A DNA stretch of 50,371 nucleotides from a virus. The stretch is from the IMG/VR virus record IMGVR_UViG_3300045988_080164, positions 1 to 50,371 of that record, one strand, 5' to 3'. Position 1 is the stretch's first letter. Each line of letters begins with the position of its first letter. Positions 1 through 10,079 of this stretch are shown piece by piece. Made by a program: the position numbers and the translations under genes. Below the pieces are notes generated by a model that was given only the letters and a program-made list of their open reading frames with translations, was not told the origin of the DNA and made no database searches.

Positions 1-55
1 ACTTTCATACCAAACGAAACCACAATAGCCTACAACCGCTTCAAGAAACATTAAT
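1..55. repeat. 55-bp exact terminal duplication (same as 50317..50371); circular-assembly overlap
   Basis: Bases 1-55 (actttcataccaaacg...gaaacattaat) recur exactly as the last 55 bases of the window. Confidence 0.95.
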
Positions 56-153
56 ACTATAAGCAACACTATTATTTTGTCCTTAACTTTGTTAGACCTT
101 GTGTATTCTTTCTGTGTGTCAATCAATAATTCCTGTAATTCATTTTCTTCCAT
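1..153 (-). CDS. small single-pass membrane protein, 51 aa (ORF runs off the window start and finishes in the duplicated end; stop TAA at 50314..50316)
   Basis: ATG at 153 with GGTGG SD 5 nt upstream, right after the stop of 163..1119; hand translation MEENELQELLIDTQKEYTRSNKVKDKIIVLLIVLMFLEAVVGYCGFVWYES has one hydrophobic helix. Confidence 0.5.
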   Translation of the reverse strand, partial: MEENELQELLIDTQKEYTRSNKVKDKIIVLLIVLMFLEAVVGYCGFVWYES

Positions 154-162
154 TTTTACCAC

Positions 163-1119
163 CTACATTACAGAATCTTTGTAGATTCCTTTATCTCTTA
201 CACTACTTGTTCCTAACTTATATTCTCCGTTTTCACGTCTGTACATCATTGCAGGTTCATACACTCCATTTCTTCTTACATAACAATTAGACTGCAATTC
301 AAACATTGCATACAAAGTCATGTCTTCCTCTATCTCTTCGTCTCCTTCTATAATCATTCCATTTCCATCATACCTTGTATTCCAATTTATGAACTTATAA
401 TTCTTTTTCTTTGCTGTTGGCATTTTCCCAATGCTATTAATTGTTTCATGATATCCGACTTTCATTACATAAGCGTCTTTGTACTCTTTTCCATCATGAA
501 TAACTGCATCTGCACCAACAGAAGAAAATGTAATAGTATATTGTACCTTCTCCCAAACAGCATATAATGTTACATTTTCATCTGCACTGTATGAACCGCC
601 TGCATAATATTGTGGTTTTGTTGCATTTTTGTTTGTACTCCATCCAAGAAAAACATATCCATTTCTCTTTGGTACTGTGCTACTAAGCGTTAACACATAT
701 CCATATGTTTTTGTCTGGCTGTTCGGTGCACCAGTACCACCATTCGCATTATATTTTACTGTATGTGTTGGTCTAGGTGCTGTCCAACTCGCACTAGCGT
801 TCGAACGTCTTGTTACATTAGACGATATATATTGTGAATATCCTGTCTGCGTGACTGTCTTTCCATATCCAATAACTCCAACATACACAAGTCCAGATGC
901 CCCATAATTACCTGCACCACCAACAGATACCGAACCACCCCAACTTTTAGAAATTATTGTTCCGTTAAAATTTCCTCTCGTTACCTGTATATACCTTTGC
1001 ACCCATATTCTATGTCCATTTTTACCATTGTCTTCTGAGTATATCTCTACTACTGTACGGAAACTTGAATTTGCTGTTCCTGCCGTATTTCCATATGCTC
1101 TCGCTCTAAGTATAGCCAT
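163..1119 (-). CDS. tail fibre / adhesin-type protein with two Listeria-Bacteroides (Flg_new) repeats
   Basis: Last large gene of the tail module; HTVKYNANGGTGAP..GYVFLGWSTN..VTLYAVWEK and YTITF..YKFINWNT..MTLYAMFE fit the Flg_new repeat pattern; AGGTGA SD. Confidence 0.6.
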   Translation of the reverse strand: MAILRARAYGNTAGTANSSFRTVVEIYSEDNGKNGHRIWVQRYIQVTRGNFNGTIISKSWGGSVSVGGAGNYGASGLVYVGVIGYGKTVTQTGYSQYISSNVTRRSNASASWTAPRPTHTVKYNANGGTGAPNSQTKTYGYVLTLSSTVPKRNGYVFLGWSTNKNATKPQYYAGGSYSADENVTLYAVWEKVQYTITFSSVGADAVIHDGKEYKDAYVMKVGYHETINSIGKMPTAKKKNYKFINWNTRYDGNGMIIEGDEEIEEDMTLYAMFELQSNCYVRRNGVYEPAMMYRRENGEYKLGTSSVRDKGIYKDSVM

Positions 1120-1127
1120 GTTTTCAC

Positions 1128-1826
1128 CTACTCTTCTGCAAACTTAATATAGATGTCTCCATCTTTACCAATACTATTGTCTGGGTCTCCTGTTCCACTT
1201 CTAATCGTTGGTAAATCATCTAATTGTTTTTGTAACTTCGCCGCTACATCACCATCTAACTTGTTCTTAATTGATTCAAACCATGTATCGAACTGCCCTT
1301 CCAACTGGCTATATGCTTTTCCAAAATCAAGCTGTTGTATAAGTGCCGCTACAATTCCGCAATATTCCATGTTTAGTCTTGTATCTGTTATGTCTCCTTC
1401 TGTTATTGTCGTTGCTCCTACCTTGTTTGAAATTATCGCTAATACAAGTTCATGTATATTCGTTGTGAATATAGGGTACACACTCGACACAAACTCTCTA
1501 GCTTTCACAGTAATTTCTCGATTTGTTTTATTAAGTTCCGCAACAATAACTGTATTCGATGAACCTGTTCCAGAATTTACATTTAATTGTATCGTCTTGT
1601 CTTCATCCAGTGTATACCAATACCCATCAATAAACGCTTTACCAGTTTTTACTTTAACACTTAATCCCTTATTTGGTATTACTTTTAACTGGTCTGACGT
1701 TTTTGCATATACACCATTGCCAATAAAATTTGAAAAATAATCCGCAAAATCCGAAGCATCATATGTCCTGTCATATGAACCATTTGCCTGTTTGTTTGCG
1801 TTATAGAATCCACTTCTTTCTGCCAT
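1128..1826 (-). CDS. tail fibre / baseplate-associated structural protein
   Basis: Follows the Tal-like gene and has its own consensus promoter; N-terminus GFYNA..YDRTYDASDFADYF..NGVY resembles Gram-positive phage fibre N-domains; AAGGAG SD. Confidence 0.45.
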   Translation of the reverse strand: MAERSGFYNANKQANGSYDRTYDASDFADYFSNFIGNGVYAKTSDQLKVIPNKGLSVKVKTGKAFIDGYWYTLDEDKTIQLNVNSGTGSSNTVIVAELNKTNREITVKAREFVSSVYPIFTTNIHELVLAIISNKVGATTITEGDITDTRLNMEYCGIVAALIQQLDFGKAYSQLEGQFDTWFESIKNKLDGDVAAKLQKQLDDLPTIRSGTGDPDNSIGKDGDIYIKFAEE

Positions 1827-1854
1827 ATCTGCATCTCCTTTATTTTCTATAGTT

Positions 1855-1883
1855 ATTATACTATATCTTTTTATTCATGTCAA
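1855..1883 (-). promoter_or_regulatory. sigma-A/sigma-70-type promoter, TTGACA-N17-TATAAT
   Basis: Minus strand reads TTGACAtgaataaaaagatatagTATAAT in the 65-nt gap upstream of 1128..1826. Confidence 0.75.
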
Positions 1884-1891
1884 GAATAATT

Positions 1892-3430
1892 TTAGTCTAC
1901 TTGAAAGCTATCTCCTAAACACACTACAACTCTATAATTTATTCTCGTTTTTGTTGCTGTTTTTATATCTCTGTCAAATACTGCATACCAACTGTTTTTT
2001 TGATATGTTACACCATCTATATGTACTGGGTTTGCTAATCCATCCCCATTTGCAACTGTTACTATATACCTTGTGCTGTCAGTGCCGGATTCTATTCCGA
2101 ATCTTTTTTTAAATTGCTCTCTCAGCCAATCCAATCCAAAAATTTTTTGTGACGAACCAGAAACATTTGTAACATAAGTTCCAGAAAAACTATAATCTCT
2201 TGCCGTATTCCTTGTCGCATCATTTAGATACTTTATGTTTGCTTCAATTTGTTCCAACTTCTTAAATCCATCTTTTATTTGCACAACTGTATCTTTTTTT
2301 ATTTTCCCATATTGCAGTGTAACATCTACTATTCTTTTCGAATCTTGTTCTGTAACTATAGCCGCTATTATTTGTGCATCTATAATTATGCCGAGTTCAT
2401 CATCTTTTATCGTAACCCAATCGCCCTTATCAAAATCTTTTCTATATTCAAGATTTCTTACAGTTACCGTAGATTCATATGCATGTGAAACATTATTTTC
2501 TTTTGCTTTTTCATTTGCTCTATTTTTTATATTTGTTTCATATTGTTCTTGCGTTAATTTATTTCCGTCTGCATCTTCACTTTGTAAATCTCTTGCATCT
2601 ATCCATAATTCAGAACGATTCCAACCAATTTGTTCGCCTATCGCATTTTCTTGATTTATCTTTAGCTCATACCACTTTCTGTCAGTTCCTTCTCCCTCTC
2701 CTGCTACATATGCAACATTCTTGTAAGATTCGCTATCTTTTGTATATGCTGTTCTGCTTATATTACTTAATGATTGCGAAAAAATAATTGCTTCGTTTCC
2801 TTCTTTGTTTTTTACTCGCCTATCTGTACCAGAAGATAACATTAATGTCCAGAATTTAACATTTGTTTCTATGTCTAATCTGTCTGAATATACAGAAGTT
2901 AATTTTGGGTAGAAAAATAACCCTAAATCATCCAACTCCATAGTTTCCTGTATTTCATCCCATAGATAGCCACCTGTAACCTGTTTTTTTACCGCACTAA
3001 GTTCTTTACTTTCTGACACATCATCAGTTACAACATTCATGTAAATGTATCTACTACTATCTATATTGTCCAAATCAAAACACATTTGCAACAATGTTAC
3101 TATGTAGTCTACACTGCTACCTGTAAAATCTACAATAGAATTAATTACTCTTTGTGTCAACAAAACTGGTGCTAATCTTCCAACTATAGTTATTGTCTTA
3201 TCATATTCACTGTCACTGTCTTTTACTACTTTTTCAACCTTTCCGACTGTAAATTCATCAAACAAAATGTAATACTGTTCTTTTTTATCGAATAAATAAT
3301 TGTTTTCTTTTACCAATTGCGCTAATACTTTAAAAGTTCCGATTTCTCGGAACTTGTCTTCATACTGTGCGAATGTGTATTTTTTAAGTGTATCAATAAT
3401 TTTAAAATTACTGTTCATTACTCTTAGCAT
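1892..3430 (-). CDS. tail-associated (Tal-like / siphovirus Gp37-like) protein
   Basis: 512 aa immediately after the Dit-like gene; call is mainly positional plus N-terminal resemblance to the Sipho_Gp37 family. Confidence 0.5.
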   Translation of the reverse strand: MLRVMNSNFKIIDTLKKYTFAQYEDKFREIGTFKVLAQLVKENNYLFDKKEQYYILFDEFTVGKVEKVVKDSDSEYDKTITIVGRLAPVLLTQRVINSIVDFTGSSVDYIVTLLQMCFDLDNIDSSRYIYMNVVTDDVSESKELSAVKKQVTGGYLWDEIQETMELDDLGLFFYPKLTSVYSDRLDIETNVKFWTLMLSSGTDRRVKNKEGNEAIIFSQSLSNISRTAYTKDSESYKNVAYVAGEGEGTDRKWYELKINQENAIGEQIGWNRSELWIDARDLQSEDADGNKLTQEQYETNIKNRANEKAKENNVSHAYESTVTVRNLEYRKDFDKGDWVTIKDDELGIIIDAQIIAAIVTEQDSKRIVDVTLQYGKIKKDTVVQIKDGFKKLEQIEANIKYLNDATRNTARDYSFSGTYVTNVSGSSQKIFGLDWLREQFKKRFGIESGTDSTRYIVTVANGDGLANPVHIDGVTYQKNSWYAVFDRDIKTATKTRINYRVVVCLGDSFQVD

Positions 3431-3431
3431 A

Positions 3432-4391
3432 TCACATACCCTTTATATTATAATACCTTTCTGTATACTCTATATACATCTCCAGATTGTTTTTGTATTG
3501 TTCATCCACTTCATACGAATAATAGTATGTACCTTTTTTAATGTCAAAAAGTGTGCTTTCAACATTCATATTTGCAATTATAGACTTGTTCTCACCTGTA
3601 CTAGAATCATGCAATATCATGCTTTCTTCTCCGACTTCTGTGTTAATGGTAATATAATCTCCATCGTCCAAATCTAGGTCATAAAACGAAATATACTCGC
3701 CTGTGTTCACATTATACACTTTTGGCGTTCTAACTATTCCTCCACTTGCTTTTATTACTATCTTACATCCGACATCAACATCACCATTATTATTGCAAGC
3801 TACACTTTGTCTTTTCATTATTTCGCCAAATACTACATGTTCATCTGTTTTATCACTTGTTAGAACTAATGGAAAATGGAACATTCCATCCACATGTGAC
3901 AAATTAATATGTTTTTGCTCTTTGTAAAATAATGGATTATAACATTCAAACTCAAGCGTGAACAAACAACAAACCTCATTGTTTTCTGTTTCATCCGTAC
4001 TATATTTTGGTGGTTGTGTTGGTCTTGCTAGAATATGATAATCACCTACTGTTATCAAAATATCTTGATATATAGATATTACACTGTCAAGATATAGTTT
4101 ATTTTCCTGTATTTCTTTTTCTTGTACACTCAAATATTCTTCCCATGTTGTTCCACTTGGATTTATGTTTGCTGTATTTGCAACAACATATCCTACTAAC
4201 GAAGGCTTTCTTGTACCAACTGTCATCCCTTCCAATGTTTTACCAATCTGAAATGGAACTCTATATGTTTCTTGTTCAATTGTTGGCATATCCCAGTCAA
4301 TAGAATCTAATACAAATTTTCCATTTCCACCTTTGTTTAGTTCTATCTCTTCTTGTGTTTCAATGTTCATCAATGTTATAGAATTTATCAA
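3432..4391 (-). CDS. distal tail protein (Dit)-like
   Basis: 319 aa directly downstream of the tape measure gene; TTG start 7 nt after AGGAGG. Confidence 0.55.
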   Translation of the reverse strand: MINSITLMNIETQEEIELNKGGNGKFVLDSIDWDMPTIEQETYRVPFQIGKTLEGMTVGTRKPSLVGYVVANTANINPSGTTWEEYLSVQEKEIQENKLYLDSVISIYQDILITVGDYHILARPTQPPKYSTDETENNEVCCLFTLEFECYNPLFYKEQKHINLSHVDGMFHFPLVLTSDKTDEHVVFGEIMKRQSVACNNNGDVDVGCKIVIKASGGIVRTPKVYNVNTGEYISFYDLDLDDGDYITINTEVGEESMILHDSSTGENKSIIANMNVESTLFDIKKGTYYYSYEVDEQYKNNLEMYIEYTERYYNIKGM

Positions 4392-4402
4392 AATTTCACC
4401 TC

Positions 4403-7400
4403 CTACACACCGAACAACAATTCTCTTTTTGCTTTTTTCTGCTGTCTTGCATACTCATAAGGGTCTGGCTGTGTATTATAGAAAATGAATGTATCTCCAT
4501 TACCTCTTGCATTTCCTTCGCCTTTATTATACCTTACATTTTCCTGTTTTGTCAACACCCTTTCACCTTTGTGCAATTCTGCTACATATCCATTATAAGG
4601 AACATAATCCAAACCGTTTGCATTGTGACCACTAACAGCTTGTTTAGCGGCTTCTATTGTAGCTTTTATCTTTACTCCAATACTTCTTCCTGCAAAATAA
4701 CTTTGCATAGCTGAAAATGCACTACTAGCTTCTGTTCTTGCACTCGTTGTAGTGCTACTATTTACATTCGGAGATTTCAACTTTTTTTTCATTTTACTCT
4801 GCATTTCTCTATGTCCTGCACTACCAACTTTTCCAGATTCAGTTTTTACTTTACCTGTGTTCCCCTGTATTCCATTTGCTACATTGTCATCAACTTTAAT
4901 ACCTAGGTCTCTCATTTGTTGCAAAACGGCAGGTCTTTGTGAAGCTTCTCCATTCTGTAATTGCATCAACAACTGTACTGCTTGCTGTTGAACTGAAGGT
5001 TTCATTCCTGCTAACTGTGTTACTAAACTTTTTGGAACATCTATTCCTAATTGTTTAAAAAGTGTTGTCAACTCTCCTTTTTTAATACTAACACCATTTG
5101 CCATATTTGTCAATATATTCATTGTAGTTTGTTGAACTGTATCACTTTTACTTGCAAGACTATCTATCAAAGATTGCGGTGCTTCGATTCCTACCTGTTG
5201 GAATTTTGTTTTTAGTGTGTTTTTGTCCTGTTCCAATTTTGCTTCTAGCTCTTTGTTTGCTTGGTCTGATAACGCTTTTATTTGTGCAACTGATTCCTCA
5301 GTAACACCTGTTGCACCATCAGCTAATGCTTGTTTCATTTGTTCATATTTTTCATTCAACGTTTGTGCTTGTTCTTCAAGACTTGCTCTAGTGGCTGTGT
5401 TTGCTGTCTGAAAACTATACTGTATTTTTAATAGCGCATCACTTATTTTTTGTGCATCACCTTCAATCAATGCACTTGATAACCCTTCATAGTTTGCTAC
5501 TGTTTGGTTATATCCTTCCATTGCTTCTCTGCTATCATCCACTGCTTTTGTTTGCTGATTTAATTTATCCTTTAATCCTTCAACTTTTCCCTGCGCTTCT
5601 AACATTGTATTATAATAAGGATTTGCTTTACCAGTTCCAAGTTCCAGTGAACCTGTATAATCATCTACTGCTTTTTTTGCTTCTTGTTCTGCTTTCTTTA
5701 GCCTTTGCTTTGTTGTTTCTACTTTTCCAAGATTTTGATTGTACAAAAGTACTGCTTCTGACTGCTTTTGTATTGCTTCACTGTACTGTTCCTGCATTGC
5801 GCTTTGTATTGCTTCTGCTCTTTTCTTTTCAATTACCTGTTGTATCGTATTTTTTAGCTTATCGTATCCCTGTATCTGTCCATTTACTATGCTTATTTCT
5901 TTTCCTAACGAATCTGAAAGCTCGCCTGCGATAAACTGGGCATATGCTTCTTTCCCTGCTAATACTCTACCATTTGCATCTACTGTACCTTGTAACTTTT
6001 CCCATAATGTTTGTTGTGCTGTGCTTTCATCATTTGCACTCTTTATTGCATCTAATTTAGATTTGTTAGATTCATCATAAGCCTGTTTTAATTCTTTTGT
6101 TCTGTCTATTAGCATTTGTTCTTCCTCAGACATTTTACTGCCTGCTTTTTTGTAATTTTCCATTTCTCTTGTGTTTGCTATTAATGCAACTGTAAGAGCC
6201 GCTACACCAATTACTGCCGCTCCTGCCGGATTTGTAATGAAACTCATAATTCCTGTTCCAATACTGGAAAGTGAACTAAACCATGTTCCTGTTGCAAGTG
6301 CGGCTGACGTTGCTCCACTCCTATACAATCCTATAGCTTGTACAAGCAAACTTGCCTGTGCATTAAAATTAACAACACCTTTTCCAAGTTTCAAAAATTC
6401 ACCTAGCAATTTTCCACCTGCTAATGTTGCCAAAGGTATCACTGTTGCCATTTTTCCAATGTTCACTACATTTGTTTTTTCTGCATCAGACATATCATTG
6501 AACTTTTTGACAAGGTTTGTTCCAGTGTCGACAAACTTTCTAACCTCTGGTGTTAGCTTCTTTCCGATAGATATTGCGGCAGATTCAACTGTACTCTTAA
6601 ATATTGTAAATGAGCCTTTCAGATTGTCTTGCATTGTTTTAGCCATTCTTTCTGACGCTCCATCAGCATTATTTATGCTGTCTGTTAAATTTTTAAAATC
6701 AGCATCCGAAGAATTAACTATAGCCAACAATCCAGACATTCCCTCTTGACTTGCTAATGTTGCCGCAAGGTTCGCCTTTTGCGCTTCTGACAGACCACTA
6801 AATCTATCACGCATTTCAGACATTAATGTACTAAGTGGTTTCATGTTACCATTCGCATCTGTTAATGTTATGTTGTATTTTTCCATTGCCGCCGCTACTG
6901 TGTCCGTTGGTTTTGCAAGTCTCGTAAACAATGAACGTAAAGCTGTTCCTGCCTGTGACGCTTTAATACCACTGTTAGCCATAAGACCTATTGCGACTGC
7001 ACAATCTTCCGCACTATATCCTAACGCTCCTGCCACTGGTGCAACATACTTGAATGTTTCTCCCATAAGTCCTACATTCGTGTTAGAACGTGAACTTGCT
7101 TGCGCTAGTATATCCGCAAAATGAGAACTGTCTTTTGCACTTAATCCAAACGCTGTCAATGCATCCGTAACAATATCTGATGTTGTTGCAAGGTCTTCTC
7201 CCGATGCCGCCGCAAGGTTCATAACACCAGATATACCGGACAACATATCATTTGTGTCCCAACCAGCCATTGCCATGTACTTAAATGCAGAAGCGGCTTC
7301 TGTGGCTGAGTATTTCGTTTTTGCTCCCATCTGTATAGCTTTTGTTTCTAGCTGTTTAAACTCTGTTCCTGTTGCTCCAGAAATAGCTTTTACTTCGGAC

Positions 7401-7651
7401 ATACCTGCGTCAAAATCTGCTGTTGTTTTAAGTGCCGCCGCACCAATTGTTAGAAGTGGTACAGATACACTTTTTGTCAGAACAGAACCAGTTGCAACCA
7501 TAGCATTTGACAGTCCTGTTAAACGTGTAGATATACTTGCAGAACTGTTATTGAACTGTTGCAAATCATTTCTAGCAGACGCAAAACCTTTTGTGAATTT
7601 TGATGTATCTAGTTCCAAATATGCAACTGCTGTTCCCATATTTATTGCCAT
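4403..7651 (-). CDS. tail tape measure protein
   Basis: 1082 aa, longest ORF, between the chaperone pair and Dit; TP901-type core AGALGYSAEDCAVAIGLMANSGIKASQAGTALRSLFTRL; long coiled-coil middle; AGGAGG SD. Confidence 0.9.
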   Translation of the reverse strand: MAINMGTAVAYLELDTSKFTKGFASARNDLQQFNNSSASISTRLTGLSNAMVATGSVLTKSVSVPLLTIGAAALKTTADFDAGMSEVKAISGATGTEFKQLETKAIQMGAKTKYSATEAASAFKYMAMAGWDTNDMLSGISGVMNLAAASGEDLATTSDIVTDALTAFGLSAKDSSHFADILAQASSRSNTNVGLMGETFKYVAPVAGALGYSAEDCAVAIGLMANSGIKASQAGTALRSLFTRLAKPTDTVAAAMEKYNITLTDANGNMKPLSTLMSEMRDRFSGLSEAQKANLAATLASQEGMSGLLAIVNSSDADFKNLTDSINNADGASERMAKTMQDNLKGSFTIFKSTVESAAISIGKKLTPEVRKFVDTGTNLVKKFNDMSDAEKTNVVNIGKMATVIPLATLAGGKLLGEFLKLGKGVVNFNAQASLLVQAIGLYRSGATSAALATGTWFSSLSSIGTGIMSFITNPAGAAVIGVAALTVALIANTREMENYKKAGSKMSEEEQMLIDRTKELKQAYDESNKSKLDAIKSANDESTAQQTLWEKLQGTVDANGRVLAGKEAYAQFIAGELSDSLGKEISIVNGQIQGYDKLKNTIQQVIEKKRAEAIQSAMQEQYSEAIQKQSEAVLLYNQNLGKVETTKQRLKKAEQEAKKAVDDYTGSLELGTGKANPYYNTMLEAQGKVEGLKDKLNQQTKAVDDSREAMEGYNQTVANYEGLSSALIEGDAQKISDALLKIQYSFQTANTATRASLEEQAQTLNEKYEQMKQALADGATGVTEESVAQIKALSDQANKELEAKLEQDKNTLKTKFQQVGIEAPQSLIDSLASKSDTVQQTTMNILTNMANGVSIKKGELTTLFKQLGIDVPKSLVTQLAGMKPSVQQQAVQLLMQLQNGEASQRPAVLQQMRDLGIKVDDNVANGIQGNTGKVKTESGKVGSAGHREMQSKMKKKLKSPNVNSSTTTSARTEASSAFSAMQSYFAGRSIGVKIKATIEAAKQAVSGHNANGLDYVPYNGYVAELHKGERVLTKQENVRYNKGEGNARGNGDTFIFYNTQPDPYEYARQQKKAKRELLFGV

Positions 7652-7668
7652 TTTATTTTACCTCCTTT

Positions 7669-7893
7669 CTATTCAAACTGTTTATAAAACTCTTCAAAAC
7701 TACTGTATTCTTTTTTTTCTAATTTCTGTTTGTATATTGGCTTTTCTCCATTTTCCATCATAAGCCTAATATAACTACACGCTTCGTTAAAACAAAAGGC
7801 AGTATAACTGTCCTTTATTCCAAGTATCTGACTTGGTAAACAATTATACTGCCTTGCAATACCGAGGACGCTTTCTATTTTTTTACTCTTCAC
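7669..7893 (-). CDS. tail assembly chaperone, frameshift-extension segment (gpT-like)
   Basis: Frame is open only from 7902, has no SD, and overlaps the end of 7883..8296 across a T6 run; sits just before the tape measure gene. Confidence 0.5.
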   Translation of the reverse strand: MKSKKIESVLGIARQYNCLPSQILGIKDSYTAFCFNEACSYIRLMMENGEKPIYKQKLEKKEYSSFEEFYKQFE

Positions 7894-8296
7894 GAAAAAA
7901 CTTTAAGTTTTCCACACCTCTGTTTACATACTCATAAATCTCTAACAACTGTACGAATGTAAGTTTCATACCTGCTTTTTCAATCTCTTCAAAACTCGGC
8001 TCTACAAGTGTTGCTTTTGCAATAATTTCTAACACTTTCTTTCTTTCAGCCGATTCCCTAAACACTTTGTCTGGATTTTTGTTTTCCTGTTTTTGTTCTT
8101 GTTCACCAGAATTAAACAATTCATAAGCTACACCAAGTAATTCATTCGGAAACTCTGTTGTAACAATGTCTATAAGGTCTGGTCTTTTTAATCTCGCTAC
8201 AAAAGGTTGTGATTCTGAAAATGGTGTTAATTCCATAACAACACCACTCGAGTACTTTGTAAGTTCTTCAAAAGTTGTAACTTTATTGTTTTCCAT
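7883..8296 (-). CDS. tail assembly chaperone (gpG-like)
   Basis: 137-aa acidic protein between the major tail and tape measure genes; conserved siphovirus gene order. Confidence 0.6.
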   Translation of the reverse strand: MENNKVTTFEELTKYSSGVVMELTPFSESQPFVARLKRPDLIDIVTTEFPNELLGVAYELFNSGEQEQKQENKNPDKVFRESAERKKVLEIIAKATLVEPSFEEIEKAGMKLTFVQLLEIYEYVNRGVENLKFFREE

Positions 8297-8325
8297 TTTT
8301 ATTGTCCTCTTTTCTTTTTATATGT

Positions 8326-8982
8326 TTATTTTACCGAAATTCCTGTTTCTTCTGTTCCGCTAGAATACGCCACAGGCATTCCATTTTCTACACTCTGTGC
8401 AACTGTTGCTGAGCTAAAATCTGGTAACTCATTAACGTAAGTTCTCTTATAAGGTGCTTCTCCTGTTTTTGGTGCACTGTTAATAGTATACTCAGATACA
8501 CGGAATACATCATCTTCCATAGATTCTGTAAACGGTGTTCCTTGGCAGTTCGGATATGTTGTTTTTTCATATCTAACAATCTGTCCACTTGCATCATACT
8601 GCGCTGAATATGCGTCAAGTTCAAATACTTCTCCCTTATCATCACTGCCAGAAAGTGGTGGCGTATATGTAAAGTCATCTGTTTCAAGACTTCCAGATAT
8701 TTCTCCACCCTGTAAAATCTTTGCCAGTGTCGGACTAAATACATTATCAGTCAATGTTAACTGATGTCCTGTAATTACAGTTCTCTGTGGCTTCTGAGCA
8801 ATAATCCTATTAAGTTTTACAAGCTTTATTGCATCTGTTGTTTCTGTTTGTGGTTCAACCCCAAGCTTATTAGAAGTGTCCACGGCATACTCTACATAAT
8901 TTCCGCTTGTACCAGTTCTAATAACTATAAGCGAAACATCTATAGTTGGAATAGCTTCTAATTTCTTTTTTGTATCTGCCAT
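8326..8982 (-). CDS. major tail protein
   Basis: Position after the head-tail connector genes; ATG at 8982 sits 9 nt after AGGAGG (the track start at 9003 lacks an SD). Confidence 0.6.
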   Translation of the reverse strand: MADTKKKLEAIPTIDVSLIVIRTGTSGNYVEYAVDTSNKLGVEPQTETTDAIKLVKLNRIIAQKPQRTVITGHQLTLTDNVFSPTLAKILQGGEISGSLETDDFTYTPPLSGSDDKGEVFELDAYSAQYDASGQIVRYEKTTYPNCQGTPFTESMEDDVFRVSEYTINSAPKTGEAPYKRTYVNELPDFSSATVAQSVENGMPVAYSSGTEETGISVK

Positions 8983-8996
8983 TTTATGTTTCCTCC

Positions 8997-9368
8997 TTAC
9001 CACTTATTACTTGTTTCGATTTTGCGGCAACCTTGGTACTGAAAAGATACCATGTGCCCTTTCACTGTTTCATCGTAAAAACTGTCTGTTTCATTGCCTA
9101 GATACATAACTGTTGGATATACATTTTTCATATGCTTTTTAATTCCCAACGCATAATCTTCTAATTCTGAATAATTATGTTTAGGAACATAACACATTAT
9201 TGTATATATCGGTCTTTCTGCGGACACGTTATACTCAGTTGTCGCACCGCCTTTTTTAATCACTGTGTATTTTTTTATACATTCCCCATCATGTTGCCCT
9301 GCAAAATATACATCTATATCGTTTTCTTTCAGACAGTCATATATTTGTTTTAATACACTTTTTGTCAT
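8997..9368 (-). CDS. tail completion / tail terminator-like protein
   Basis: 123 aa, ATGA-coupled to the upstream gene, immediately precedes the major tail gene. Confidence 0.4.
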   Translation of the reverse strand: MTKSVLKQIYDCLKENDIDVYFAGQHDGECIKKYTVIKKGGATTEYNVSAERPIYTIMCYVPKHNYSELEDYALGIKKHMKNVYPTVMYLGNETDSFYDETVKGHMVSFQYQGCRKIETSNKW

Positions 9369-9718
9369 TTCAGATACCTCATAAGATTTGCAAAACCTTT
9401 TAAGACTTCCGAACTACAGGCATTTAATGTCGGTTGCAATATCTCATATCTTCTTTCGTTGCATAATTCCAGATATATACCGTAATAAACTCCATGCCCG
9501 ATATTTATTCTTGTTTTAGTTGGGAACTGTTCTACCCAACCCGTTAGTCTCTGTCTTGCGTGTCCTGTTCTATCTGTCCATCTTCTATTTGTTTTTGCAT
9601 AGTTTTCGAATTTCTTCGCACCTTCTTGCGCATACATTCTAACTGCTAACTGTGACTTGTTTTGTGCCATGTTTAGCCATCTTTCAATCTGCCTTGCATC
9701 AACTCTAAATGTTGCCAT
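9365..9718 (-). CDS. HK97 gp10-like head-tail component
   Basis: 117 aa; NRRWTDRTGHARQRL and GHGVYYGIYLE resemble the HK97-gp10 family; connector-module position. Confidence 0.55.
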   Translation of the reverse strand: MATFRVDARQIERWLNMAQNKSQLAVRMYAQEGAKKFENYAKTNRRWTDRTGHARQRLTGWVEQFPTKTRINIGHGVYYGIYLELCNERRYEILQPTLNACSSEVLKGFANLMRYLK

Positions 9719-10079
9719 TCATAATCAACTCCATAGATATATCTGCAATAATGTTCATCTGTTCAACGTTGTTAACATCCGCAACTGTATATTCAAGTCC
9801 ATTGTACTCTATTATATCTCCATTGCTGATTTCTTCTGTATCTGAATATTCAGCTAACACCATTGGCTGTCCTTTTGTTCTTGTAACAGTTCCATCTTTT
9901 ACAGTCCTTGTTTGGAATGTTTTTGTTATGTGAAACAACCCACGGAAGGCTGTTATTGTTTCTTGCTCACCCGTGGGTTCTTTGTATTCATCAATTTTGT
10001 TTCTTTTTACAGTGAACTCTGAACCATGCATTTTTATTTCTCTTTTCACTTTGTATAGTTCAATGCTTTTGTTCATCAT
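9705..10079 (-). CDS. head closure / head-tail joining protein
   Basis: 124 aa, third gene after the capsid gene, translationally coupled on both sides. Confidence 0.45.
   Translation of the reverse strand: MMNKSIELYKVKREIKMHGSEFTVKRNKIDEYKEPTGEQETITAFRGLFHITKTFQTRTVKDGTVTRTKGQPMVLAEYSDTEEISNGDIIEYNGLEYTVADVNNVEQMNIIADISMELIMNGNI

Noticed and set aside
1-55. The 55-bp terminal repeat as a biological direct terminal repeat or cos site
   Set aside because: It is an exact copy at the very contig ends, and a coding frame runs straight through it. This is what a circular contig with an assembler overlap looks like. True termini cannot be inferred from the sequence alone.
117-122. TTGACA on the minus strand inside the small membrane ORF as another promoter
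   Set aside because: There is no -10-like hexamer 16-18 bp downstream, and it lies within coding sequence (codons ATT GAC ACA).
163-1119. A diversity-generating retroelement acting on the Flg_new-repeat tail fibre
   Set aside because: There is no reverse-transcriptase-like ORF anywhere in the genome, and I found no second near-identical template-repeat copy of the 3' end of the gene.
8388-8744. A 118-codon same-strand ORF in the +1 frame inside the major tail gene
   Set aside because: It is long for an alternative frame in AT-rich DNA. However, it has no SD before its ATG, translates to a K/R/H/Q/L-rich sequence typical of off-frame reading, and ends before the host gene, so it cannot be a frameshift extension. 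Treated as chance unless ribosome profiling says otherwise.
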